A program made the position numbers and the translations under genes. From positions 1 to 64,000 of the forward strand of contig JBEPZZ010000003.1 in assembly GCA_041640575.1 (NCBI GenBank): a DNA stretch of 64,000 nt, given 5' to 3'. This document shows, piece by piece, positions 1 through 11,146 of this stretch (positions within the stretch are counted from its first letter, which is position 1; each line of letters starts with the position of its first letter). This DNA comes from Pseudothermotoga sp. (GTDB taxonomy: Bacteria > Thermotogota > Thermotogae > Thermotogales > DSM-5069). The notes below the pieces were generated by a model that was given only the letters and a program-made list of their open reading frames with translations, was not told the origin of the DNA and made no database searches.

Positions 1-1
1 A

Positions 2-1264
2 CTTATAGTTCTTGCAGTTTTTGTGATTACTTATTATTTTGTATTCAACAAAAGGTATAAAACATCTGTCATGGTTATGCTAAATGGTTTGCTGCTGGCG
101 ACAACAGGAATTGTGAAGAGTTTATCCATTGAGAAACTTCATGAATTCATAGATTTCAACACACTTGGTCTTCTTATGGGTATGATGATCATTGTTGGAT
201 TGCTTAAAAATACTGGCTTTTTTCATTTTGTTGCAGTTTACGCTGTGAGGATAGGAAGAGGTAATTTAAAAAGGACGATAAATATGATAGTTATTTCTGT
301 TGCACTTCTTTCAGCGTTTCTTGACAATGTTACCACTCTTTTGGTTTTTGCTCCTATTTTGTTTTCTATTTCAGACGCCACTGGAATCGATTCATCGGAA
401 TTAATAGTTCTCGGGATACTTTCTTCAAACGTAGGTGGTATTTCAACAATGATAGGAGATCCACCGAACATATTGATCGGTTCAGCAAGCCGTTTAAGCT
501 TTTTGGATTTCATGATAAATTTGGCACCAGCTTCCATTCTGATTTTGTTGTTCCTGCTGAGAAGATCTATCAGTAGCATAAAAGCGACAGAAGAAATCGA
601 ACAAAATTTAAGAGCATTTGCTGCAACTGATCCAAAGAGTACTGTTACAGATTTTTCAAGATTGAAGCGGTTGCTCGTGGTTTTTATCTTCGTTCTAATT
701 GGGTTTATTCTTCATTCTTTTATAAACGTTGAACTATCTTTGATTGCCATGCTTGGAGCAGTTGTTTCACTCGTAATAGTTGGCAAGGATTTCGAAGAAG
801 TTGCAAAGGAAGTGGAATGGAATACGCTATTTTTTCTCATAGGATTGTTTATACTCACTTATTCATTGAAAGAAGTTGGGCTGACCGATATTATAACAAA
901 TGCACTTTTGAAACTCTCTCACCCCTCGCTTATAGCAATGCTTTTAGTCTGGATATCAGGATTTGGAGCAATGTTCTTGGGTGCCGTTCCAACGACAACA
1001 ATACTGATACCTGTAACAAAATCTATGGTAAACCTCGGGTTACCATCTTCATTGTGGTGGGCAATTGCGCTGGGAGCTGGGTTAGGTGCATGTGGTACTA
1101 CTATCGGGGCTGCGGTGAATATGGTTGGAGTTGGGTTGCTTAAAAAGTTCACCAATCGGACAATTAGTTTCGGTGAATTTCTGAAAAAGAACATACGCTT
1201 TACGTTACTAATCTTAGCTGTTTCTACAGGATACATTCTCCTAGTTTTCAAATTAGGCTGGTGA
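2..1264 (+). CDS. ArsB/NhaD-family (IT superfamily) ion/anion permease, 5' end outside window
   Basis: Many hydrophobic segments and family motifs SAFLDNVTT, SNVGG..TMIGDPPN and G..GT.IGAA.N. The frame is open back to position 2 (LIVLAVFV), so the start lies upstream. Confidence 0.85.
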   Translation, partial: LIVLAVFVITYYFVFNKRYKTSVMVMLNGLLLATTGIVKSLSIEKLHEFIDFNTLGLLMGMMIIVGLLKNTGFFHFVAVYAVRIGRGNLKRTINMIVISVALLSAFLDNVTTLLVFAPILFSISDATGIDSSELIVLGILSSNVGGISTMIGDPPNILIGSASRLSFLDFMINLAPASILILLFLLRRSISSIKATEEIEQNLRAFAATDPKSTVTDFSRLKRLLVVFIFVLIGFILHSFINVELSLIAMLGAVVSLVIVGKDFEEVAKEVEWNTLFFLIGLFILTYSLKEVGLTDIITNALLKLSHPSLIAMLLVWISGFGAMFLGAVPTTTILIPVTKSMVNLGLPSSLWWAIALGAGLGACGTTIGAAVNMVGVGLLKKFTNRTISFGEFLKKNIRFTLLILAVSTGYILLVFKLGW

Positions 1265-1271
1265 AATAATA

Positions 1272-3281
<2,010 letters not shown>

Positions 3282-4068
3282 ATCTTTACCTTGATGTAAT
3301 TAGAAAAAGAGAGGACGGTTATCACGACATTATAGGTTTGTTCCAAACAGTGGAATTGTATGACGAACTTATCATAACTTTACTGGATAGACCCGGGGTT
3401 ATTATAGAGTCAGACGTCAGAATTGATGGTAAGAATCTTATCGAAAAAGCTTATGAAGTATTCTCAAAATATTATGATGTGTGTTTCGGGTTGAAGGTTG
3501 TATTGAAGAAGCGAGTACCAATAGGTGGGGGACTTGGTGGTGGTAGCGCAGATGCAGCTGCGATTCTAAGGTTTCTTGCCAAACACCTCGCCGTTCCAAA
3601 AAACGATTTGATTCAAATTGCAATGCAAGTAGGCTCAGACGTACCATTTTTGATTTTCGGTGGTACTGCGATTGTCGAAGGGAAAGGTGAAAAGTTGACA
3701 CTTCTTGAACCCATTACGAATTACAGCGTAAACATTTTTTGCCCAGATCTAAGTATTTCGACGAGAAACGCATATCTTCAGCTTTCAGAAAACGATTTTT
3801 CGAAAGGGCCAAAACCTGTTCAGGAACTTTACGAAGCTTACAAGAAGCGCGACTTTTCAAAGGTTAAAGTTATGTCTTATAACGTTTTTGAGAAGCATAT
3901 AGCTCCACAGCATGAGAAGATTGTAAAAGCACTGGAACGCGCTTGGCAGGAGAATCCTATAGTTGCCATGATGACTGGCTCTGGTTCATGCGTTTTCAGT
4001 GTTCATGAGGGAAGAAAAGCCAGTTATGTCTTTTTACATCCAGATGAATAACAATGGAGGTGTTCAGA

Positions 4069-4830
4069 TTGATAATTGACAAGTTTTCTCTTAATGGGAA
4101 AGTGGCTATTGTGACAGGTTCAAGCCGTGGTATAGGACAAAAGATTGCAGTTGCTTTAGCTGAGGCTGGGGCTGACATAGCCGGTGTAGCAAGAGGTGAT
4201 CAAGAGGAAACAAAACAATTTATAAATCTATTTAATAGGAGATTCCTTGCCATTAAGGTTGATCTCACACAAAAAGGTGCAGCTGAAGAAGTTCTTAAAC
4301 AAACGATTTCTGAATACGGTAAAGCCGATATTTTGGTCAATGCAGCTGGGGTTATTCTTAGAAAGAATTTCGTTGATTTTACAGAAGAGGAATTCGACTG
4401 GGTTATACAAGTTAATCTCAAATCTGTTTTCACCATGTCACAGGTTTTCTCCAAATATTTGATCAATACTTCAAGAAGGGGAAAAATAATAAATATTGGA
4501 TCGTTGTTGTCTTTTCAAGGTGGCATATTGATCACTCCCTACACTGTTTCAAAGCACGGAGTACTCGGACTAACTAGGGCCATGGCAAACGAGCTGGCAA
4601 AGTATGGCATAAATGTTAACGCTATCATTCCTGGATATTTTGAAACAGAAATGACAGCAGCTCTCAGGGCTGATCCAGAGAGAAACTCAAAAATTCTCGA
4701 TCGCATTCCTATGGGGCGATGGGGTAAACCAGAGGAACTAACCGGTGCAGCTATTTTTCTTGCAAGTGAGGCCTCAGACTATATTACTGGTAGCTATATA
4801 ATTGTTGATGGGGGTTGGATGTCTAGGTGA
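4069..4830 (+). CDS. kduD: 2-dehydro-3-deoxy-D-gluconate 5-dehydrogenase (SDR)
   Basis: FSLNGKVAIVTG, GKIINIGSLLSFQGGI, YTVSKHG and ILDRIPMGRWG, typical of KduD. The likely start is TTG 4069 after GGAGG; the ORF track starts at 4054. Confidence 0.85.
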   Translation: MIIDKFSLNGKVAIVTGSSRGIGQKIAVALAEAGADIAGVARGDQEETKQFINLFNRRFLAIKVDLTQKGAAEEVLKQTISEYGKADILVNAAGVILRKNFVDFTEEEFDWVIQVNLKSVFTMSQVFSKYLINTSRRGKIINIGSLLSFQGGILITPYTVSKHGVLGLTRAMANELAKYGINVNAIIPGYFETEMTAALRADPERNSKILDRIPMGRWGKPEELTGAAIFLASEASDYITGSYIIVDGGWMSR

Positions 4831-6080
4831 AAATTATACAGCTTGGTTTGCTGCTTCTTTCTTTGAGTGCATTTTCTTTTGTTTTTACGTTTGATGGTTG
4901 GATTGAATACGACTTTGCTCAGCCAGCAGACGAGACTAAGTACGGTGTAATAATACCTGTAATGGGGGGGATTTTCAAAGCAAGTGGTGGTTTCAGACGG
5001 GATAATATTGTGATCCCACCTTACTCAGATTTTCTCTGGAATAACTACTGGTTTTGGGATGATGGATTCTTCTCGTATTCAAACCAATTTTTGGAGTTCG
5101 AGATAGGTGTTAAACGGCATTCAATTGGACCTGGTAGAATATACAAACTTTTCGTTGAGGAAAAAGGTTTTTCTTATCCATCAGTACATTTTAACGTGAA
5201 AGGGATTGAAAAATACTTTCGTGTTGAAACATTGTGGGGTGGAATAAGGCTTTTCGAAGATGGGGCCAAACCAGCTAAAGCTTTTAATTACAGATCATTG
5301 GTTTTCTCACCAATTAAAGGTTTTGAGATGGCTTACGAGGAAAGCGTTTTATATTTGTATAGGAGCTTTGATCCTTACTACTATTTTGTACCAATTCCTG
5401 TCCCAGGTATACAAGAATTTTTTCACTTGAATGCTCCCTGGAAGTCTTCTTACGATGACAACTCTTTAATTGGGGGTTGGATTAAGTACTCTAAGCAGAA
5501 TTGGGAAGCATATTTTGAGCTCCTGATCGATGATATAAACATGAACAGGTTTTTGAACCCTCAGGGCACCCAAAATCCTGACAAGATAGCATTTCTCTTT
5601 GGTTTTTCCGGAAGTAGTGGATCAGTGAGAGTCACATACGAAATTGCCGGCGCAACTGCTTTCACATTTCAAAGGACGCATGCAGCTAAGCCTTACGAAT
5701 ATGTCTTCTTTGAAGGATCGAACTTGCCTATTGAAATGAACATGATAGGGTACAGGCACGGTGAGAACAACATCGCGTGCGGGCTTAGATTTGAGTACAA
5801 TGAGAATCCGCTTTATCTTTGTTTGGAACTTGAGAACGTGATGCATGGAACAAGAACGCCAGATCAGCCTTGGCATGGAAGTTCACAACCTAGTGGGACT
5901 CATTGGTTGATAGGAGATCTAAAATCTCAAATTTCTCTGAGGATGAGATTTGCGTACAGCTGTTACAACCTTTACCATGGAATCGATAAGATGACATTCG
6001 GTGTAAGATGTGGCTTTATAGGCGATAAACCCTTCGTTGGGGCTGATCTTTCTTTGCTACTTAATTTTCGGAACTTTTAG
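4827..6080 (+). CDS. Exported protein, putative outer-membrane beta-barrel (Wzi-like)
   Basis: Signal peptide (MKIIQLGLLLLSLSAFS), aromatic-rich alternating strands, segments E...EESVLY / DN.LIG / YFELLIDD reminiscent of Wzi-family proteins, and a C-terminal Phe. Confidence 0.55.
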   Translation: MKIIQLGLLLLSLSAFSFVFTFDGWIEYDFAQPADETKYGVIIPVMGGIFKASGGFRRDNIVIPPYSDFLWNNYWFWDDGFFSYSNQFLEFEIGVKRHSIGPGRIYKLFVEEKGFSYPSVHFNVKGIEKYFRVETLWGGIRLFEDGAKPAKAFNYRSLVFSPIKGFEMAYEESVLYLYRSFDPYYYFVPIPVPGIQEFFHLNAPWKSSYDDNSLIGGWIKYSKQNWEAYFELLIDDINMNRFLNPQGTQNPDKIAFLFGFSGSSGSVRVTYEIAGATAFTFQRTHAAKPYEYVFFEGSNLPIEMNMIGYRHGENNIACGLRFEYNENPLYLCLELENVMHGTRTPDQPWHGSSQPSGTHWLIGDLKSQISLRMRFAYSCYNLYHGIDKMTFGVRCGFIGDKPFVGADLSLLLNFRNF

Positions 6081-6364
6081 ATGGGTATAGATTAAGTTCT
6101 TGCTTTTTATAAAAATAGCTGTGTGCTAAAATATTATGCTGTTACAATTTCAGCTATTTTATGCTCGAAGGATCTCAATTATTTCAGATTTATAGTTTTT
6201 TATCAAGTGGCCAGTTTATGATGCTTGCGAAATCTTGGAACCGTAGCTTGGTGGAAATACAATAACGATGTATGAGCAATTGATAGCTGTGGGGAAAACA
6301 CTTTTTCGGATGTGATAGCATGTTTTCTTTCTCAGATTTTCAGGCAGCATAGGAGGTGTATTCC

Positions 6365-6811
6365 ATGTCGGCACTGGACAAATTGTACACCTCAGTAACA
6401 ATAGTAACAATGAACGTAGATGGAAGAATGAATGGAATAACGGTTGCATGGGTGACTAGGGTGTCATGGGAACCAAAAATTGTAGCTGTCTCGATAGGAA
6501 AAACACGTTACTCAAGAGAACTTCTTGATGAATCAAGTAGATTTGCGATATGTGTAATGGGTGAGAAAGGTAGAGATGTGGCCGAATATTTTGGTACAGT
6601 TTCTGGTAGGAAAGTGAACAAGTTTCAAAAGTACTCATATCAGCTTTCCAGCGGTGGATTACCTATTCCGACAGGAACGGTGGCGTACATTGAATGCAAA
6701 AAACTGAAACAGGTTGAGATTGGAGATCACATTGTCTACTTTGGATTGGTTGAGCTAGAGAAAAGTTTAGATGGTTCACCACTCATCTTTGGTGAAGGGC
6801 GAATAATTTAG
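6365..6811 (+). CDS. Flavin reductase-like FMN-binding protein
   Basis: NG.TVAW...VS.EP, FG..SG...NKF and GDH motifs. ATG 6365 follows AGGAGG. Confidence 0.88.
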   Translation: MSALDKLYTSVTIVTMNVDGRMNGITVAWVTRVSWEPKIVAVSIGKTRYSRELLDESSRFAICVMGEKGRDVAEYFGTVSGRKVNKFQKYSYQLSSGGLPIPTGTVAYIECKKLKQVEIGDHIVYFGLVELEKSLDGSPLIFGEGRII

Positions 6812-6826
6812 AAAGGAGGCAAAAAA

Positions 6827-7894
6827 TTGAAAGGATTGATTCTTTGTGCCGGAAAAGGTACTAGGTTGAGGCCTTTAACATACACAACCGCTAAGCATCT
6901 AATACCCGTTGCAAACAAACCTGTCATACTGTACAACTTGGAATTTATGCTTCAGGCTGGTGTTCGAGAGATTGCAATTGTTGTTAGCCCCGAGAATGAA
7001 AAACTGTTTTTGGAGGTACTTGGCGATGGTTCGAAATTTGGTATGTCTTTGACGTATGTAATACAGCACGAACCAAAGGGAATTGCTCATGCCGTCTATC
7101 AGGCAAAGGAGTTTCTGAAATCTGATCCTTTCTTGATGATCCTAGGGGATAATCTCATTTTTGAAAACATTGAAACTATTGTCAAGGATTTTAGTGCCAG
7201 CAGTTTTGATGCCACGATATTAGTGTCTCAAGTTCCTGATCCAAGAGCTTATGGTGTTGCCGTTCTAGAGAACGGGAAGGTTAAATATCTCGTTGAGAAA
7301 CCTAAGCAACCTCCAAGCAATCTTGCGATTGTTGGTGTCTATTTGTTCAAACCAGTGATTTTCGAGGCAATTGAAAATATAAAACCATCTTGGCGAGGCG
7401 AACTCGAGATTACAGATGCAATTCAGTACCTGGTTGAACGTGAGCGCAATGTGACAGCGCATCTGATAAGTGGATGGTGGAAAGACACCGGTAAACCGGA
7501 AGACCTCTTGGATGCGAACAGAAAAATTCTTGATTCAACGAAGGAAACATACCTATTGGGTACCACCGATGAAAATACTATTATTCAAGGGAGAGTTTGT
7601 GTTGGAAAGGGTTCTTTCATATCAAATTCTGTGATTCGTGGTCCTGTGATAATAGGAGAAAATGCTAGGATACTCAACAGTTATGTAGGTCCTTACACAG
7701 CAATAGGTAATCATGTGACTCTTGACAACTGTGAAATTGAGAACTCCATTCTAATGGACAGATGCTCAGTAGTTAACACTCCATACAGGCTTGAATCCTC
7801 GATCCTTGGTAAAGAATCCAAAGTGCTTAAAGACAATAAAATTCCCAAGGCTATGAGAGTGATACTTGGAGATTTGAGCTCAGTTGAGTTATAA
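6827..7894 (+). CDS. rfbA: Glucose-1-phosphate thymidylyltransferase (long form with C-terminal left-handed beta-helix)
   Basis: GLILCAGKGTRLRPLT, K.LIPVANKP, EKP, SWRGELEITDA, WWKDTG and a hexapeptide-repeat tail. Confidence 0.9.
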   Translation: MKGLILCAGKGTRLRPLTYTTAKHLIPVANKPVILYNLEFMLQAGVREIAIVVSPENEKLFLEVLGDGSKFGMSLTYVIQHEPKGIAHAVYQAKEFLKSDPFLMILGDNLIFENIETIVKDFSASSFDATILVSQVPDPRAYGVAVLENGKVKYLVEKPKQPPSNLAIVGVYLFKPVIFEAIENIKPSWRGELEITDAIQYLVERERNVTAHLISGWWKDTGKPEDLLDANRKILDSTKETYLLGTTDENTIIQGRVCVGKGSFISNSVIRGPVIIGENARILNSYVGPYTAIGNHVTLDNCEIENSILMDRCSVVNTPYRLESSILGKESKVLKDNKIPKAMRVILGDLSSVEL

Positions 7895-7898
7895 AAGA

Positions 7899-7915
7899 GC
7901 CCCCTGAAAGGGGGC
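7899..7915. terminator. Probable bidirectional intrinsic terminator between convergent rfbA and secF
   Basis: GCCCCCT-GAA-AGGGGGC hairpin with an A-rich left flank and a T-rich right flank. Confidence 0.75.
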
Positions 7916-7920
7916 CTCGT

Positions 7921-8817
7921 TTATTTTTGTTTAACCCAGTTGGCGATCAAAGGAGCTGCTACAAAAATTGAGGAATATGTTCCAACAATAACTCCCACAG
8001 TCATACCAAAGGCAAAGGGTTTAATCACATTTCCAGCAAACAAAAGCAATATAAAGACTACCACAAATGTAGTCAGTGAAGTGTTAATGGTTCGCGTTAA
8101 GACTTCAGAGGTGCTTTGATTGATTATTTCAAAAACGCTCCGGCTCTTAAACTTTTTTAAGTTTTCTCTTACTCTGTCGTAAATTATTATTGTGTTGTTC
8201 AAGGAGTATCCAATAAGTGTTAGCAGGGCTGCAACAGCAGGAACATTGAGCTCGTAACCAGCCAATGAGAAGAATCCAAGTGTTATCAATACATCGTGAA
8301 TTAAAGCAAGAGTTGCACCAACCCCGAAAGTGAAGTTAAATCTAAGCGTTATGTAGGCTAAGATTGCTGCCAAGGTTATCAATATGGCTTGCCATGTTAA
8401 GCCCCTTATCTCGTGTGCAGCTGATCCGCTGGTCTCATTAAAAGAGACAACTGAACCTTTGATTCCTCTTTCTGCAAGTTTTTGCTCTATTTGATTCTGT
8501 AGTTCCGCCTTTTCTTCAATCTCAAACGTGAATGGTAAAGTAATGGAGAATTTCTCAACGCCCTCTGCCTCGCCCACTGATCTGATTCTTGTCACTCTTG
8601 CTGAGGCGAATTTTTGAGAAATCTCACTTATTAACAATCTGACATCTGATTCCGAAAACTTTGTTCCTTCAACTCGGAGCAGAATCTCAGATCCACCCAT
8701 GAATTCCACACCGAAGTTAAATCCTTTTGTGATGATTGATATTATCGAAACCAAGATCAAAATGAATGATATACCGATGAAAACCTTTCTCTTACCAATA
8801 AAGTCAAAATATTTCAC
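7921..8817 (-). CDS. secF: Protein translocase subunit SecF
   Basis: GFNFGVEFMGG, HDVLI, GYSLNNTIIIYDRVREN, RTINTS.TT and GTYSSIFVA. Confidence 0.95.
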   Translation of the reverse strand: MKYFDFIGKRKVFIGISFILILVSIISIITKGFNFGVEFMGGSEILLRVEGTKFSESDVRLLISEISQKFASARVTRIRSVGEAEGVEKFSITLPFTFEIEEKAELQNQIEQKLAERGIKGSVVSFNETSGSAAHEIRGLTWQAILITLAAILAYITLRFNFTFGVGATLALIHDVLITLGFFSLAGYELNVPAVAALLTLIGYSLNNTIIIYDRVRENLKKFKSRSVFEIINQSTSEVLTRTINTSLTTFVVVFILLLFAGNVIKPFAFGMTVGVIVGTYSSIFVAAPLIANWVKQK

Positions 8818-10241
8818 GACTTTGCTCCCTCCCCTTCAATAGCTGGTTTACGTATCAATGAACTCATAAGGTCAGTTAAAAGTCTGGATAAGACTATGTT
8901 TACAAAAAAACTCCCTATTACACCAATTGTTAAAGTGATAGCAAATCCTTTTATCGTTCCTGTTCCAAAGTAATAAAGGACTAGACCAGCTATTATGGTC
9001 GTAAGGTTTGCATCGAACAGTGTTATGAAAGATCTCTCAAAGGCCGTATTTATGGCAGCTTTGATAGACTTTCCCATTCTCAGCTCTTCCTTGATCCTCT
9101 CAATTATTATTATGTTTCCGTCAACAGTTGTTCCAATTGTGAAGAGTATACCAGCTATACCCGGGAGGGTAAGAATAGAACCAGTAGCAGCCAAAACACC
9201 CATTAGTAAAAATGTATTATAAACAAGTGCTATGTCTGCTATGATGCCTTGGACTCCATAAAAAGCAACCATGTATATCAACACAATGATCAAACCAATT
9301 ATCCCTGCTATCAGTGATGTTCTTATAATGTCGGAACCCAATAATGGCGCCACCCATCCAGCGGATACCTTTTCCAATCTTGCTGGTAAAGCCCCACTTC
9401 TTAGTATAGCTGCCAGCCGTCGAGCTTCTTCTATTGAGAAGTTTCCAGTAATCTCTGCTTTCCCGTCTGGTATAACCGATACAACATATCCAGCAAATTG
9501 AACAGTATCATCAAGTACTATAGCCAACCTTTTCTCCGCGGACGAAGGTGTTCCAATCACATTTTCTGAGACAACAAGTTGTTGGGTGATCTTCCTAAAT
9601 ACATCAGCGTCATCCTTGGCAAGTTCGAACGTAACCTTGTAACCAAATCTGCCAACACGAGTCTCCGGAACCGGGTTTGCAGATATTATTTTTGGTGAGA
9701 CTAATCTTAAATCTCTTAGAAGCATGATTTCCTCGCGAACAAGGTACCACTTGTTTCCTTCCCTGGAAGGTAACCACACAGCCTTCTTTATCTTGGCTAA
9801 ATCTCTTAACCTTGGGTCACCTTCCGGATTGGACTGCGATTCGTCCAGAACTTGTGCAAAATAAAGGACACCAGTTGAGCCGATTAATTTTTCTGCCGTG
9901 ATTGTATTGGTAACACCTGGTATTTCAATAACTATAAAAGCGTTGTCTTCTCGGAAAATCCTTCTAAGCGTTGCTTCGGTGTACCCAGCTGCATCGAGTC
10001 TATTTCTCAAAACCATTAAGACATTATCTACAACATCCGATGGATTTTCAACGTTCTCTTGTACATCGACTCGATATTCAAGGCGTGCACCGCCTCTTAT
10101 ATCAAGCCCTAATTTTATTCGTTGAAAAATTGAGGCCAAACCAGTGTAGGTTCTCTCTTTTGTCGGCCAAAGCAAAGACAAAAAGGCTAGGAAAATTACG
10201 GATATCACAATAACAAGTCTTATCCGATCAGATTTTATCAT
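8814..10241 (-). CDS. secD: Protein translocase subunit SecD
   Basis: LGLDIRGG, LRSGALP, LTLPGIAG, VDGNIIIIERIKEE, DANLTT and IKGFA.TL. Confidence 0.95.
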   Translation of the reverse strand: MIKSDRIRLVIVISVIFLAFLSLLWPTKERTYTGLASIFQRIKLGLDIRGGARLEYRVDVQENVENPSDVVDNVLMVLRNRLDAAGYTEATLRRIFREDNAFIVIEIPGVTNTITAEKLIGSTGVLYFAQVLDESQSNPEGDPRLRDLAKIKKAVWLPSREGNKWYLVREEIMLLRDLRLVSPKIISANPVPETRVGRFGYKVTFELAKDDADVFRKITQQLVVSENVIGTPSSAEKRLAIVLDDTVQFAGYVVSVIPDGKAEITGNFSIEEARRLAAILRSGALPARLEKVSAGWVAPLLGSDIIRTSLIAGIIGLIIVLIYMVAFYGVQGIIADIALVYNTFLLMGVLAATGSILTLPGIAGILFTIGTTVDGNIIIIERIKEELRMGKSIKAAINTAFERSFITLFDANLTTIIAGLVLYYFGTGTIKGFAITLTIGVIGSFFVNIVLSRLLTDLMSSLIRKPAIEGEGAKS

Positions 10242-10253
10242 TCATTTCCCTCC

Positions 10254-10640
10254 TCAGTTTTCTTCTTTATTGTTTTCCCCCTTAGAACCTTCTGTTTCGG
10301 TTTCCTTAGTCTCTTCTTTTTCCTTCAAGATTGATGCAATGGCTCGCTTAGTGATCTCAAGTTCTGTAGTCATAGCCGTCTTAATTTTCACAGTATCCTT
10401 CCTAATGTCAACGATTTTTCCAACAATTCCGCCGATAGTTATAACCGTATCACCACGTTTCATGTTACTTATCATTTCCTTAAATTGCTTTTCCCGTCTT
10501 CTCTGAGGAAGGATGATGAGAAAGTAAAACATTGCGAATAGAAGAACCATCAGAAAAATAAAACTAAAAGTACCACCAGTTCCAGTGGAAGTTGTTGGTG
10601 CGCTGGTTGCGCCGGGCGCAGCACTGTAAATGATGTTCAT
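10254..10640 (-). CDS. yajC: Preprotein translocase subunit YajC
   Basis: FYFLIILPQ.RR and GDTVITIGGIVG; directly upstream of secD. Confidence 0.93.
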   Translation of the reverse strand: MNIIYSAAPGATSAPTTSTGTGGTFSFIFLMVLLFAMFYFLIILPQRRREKQFKEMISNMKRGDTVITIGGIVGKIVDIRKDTVKIKTAMTTELEITKRAIASILKEKEETKETETEGSKGENNKEEN

Positions 10641-11146
10641 CTTTCTCTACCTCCTTTTAAGTTTCTGATTGATTTTACCAAACTTTTCCGAAAAACCAAG
10701 GATATTGTCATTAGTAAAATGAGGTTAACAAAACTGAAGAAAAAGTCCGAAAGTTCAAACACCTCTTTGCTGATGTATGCGAAAATTAGAGATGAAACCT
10801 TTGATACGGAAAAGGCAAGTATTAACGAAAGCATCAAATTGTGAGATTTTTCATAAGTGAGACCAGCTACTAAACCGAAGAAGGCTAGTTCAACTACACC
10901 AAAGATCAACACTTGATCAATTATCCCAGTGGTTGCAAAAACCCCAGATATTTTGGCAATAGGACCAACAAAAGCCGCAGCAAAAGGACCTTGTGCAATT
11001 GCGCAAAATGATGTGAAAACATGAACTGGAGACAAAATCACTTCTAGAAGTCTCACGCTGACTAGACTAAGCAAATACTCAAAACTTGTACTTAGCGAAA
11101 TCCAAATCAATGCGTAAATCACTGCCATTTTAATCATTCTAAACAA
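10637..11146 (-). CDS. Small polytopic membrane protein, possibly ECF S-component-like
   Basis: 169 aa with about 5 hydrophobic segments and a GP.AA..VG-like motif. Overlaps both neighbouring genes. Confidence 0.5.
   Translation of the reverse strand: MFRMIKMAVIYALIWISLSTSFEYLLSLVSVRLLEVILSPVHVFTSFCAIAQGPFAAAFVGPIAKISGVFATTGIIDQVLIFGVVELAFFGLVAGLTYEKSHNLMLSLILAFSVSKVSSLIFAYISKEVFELSDFFFSFVNLILLMTISLVFRKSLVKSIRNLKGGRER

Noticed and set aside
6216..6449. 77-aa minus-strand ORF
   Set aside because: It overlaps the flavin reductase start in antisense and has no SD or recognisable motif.
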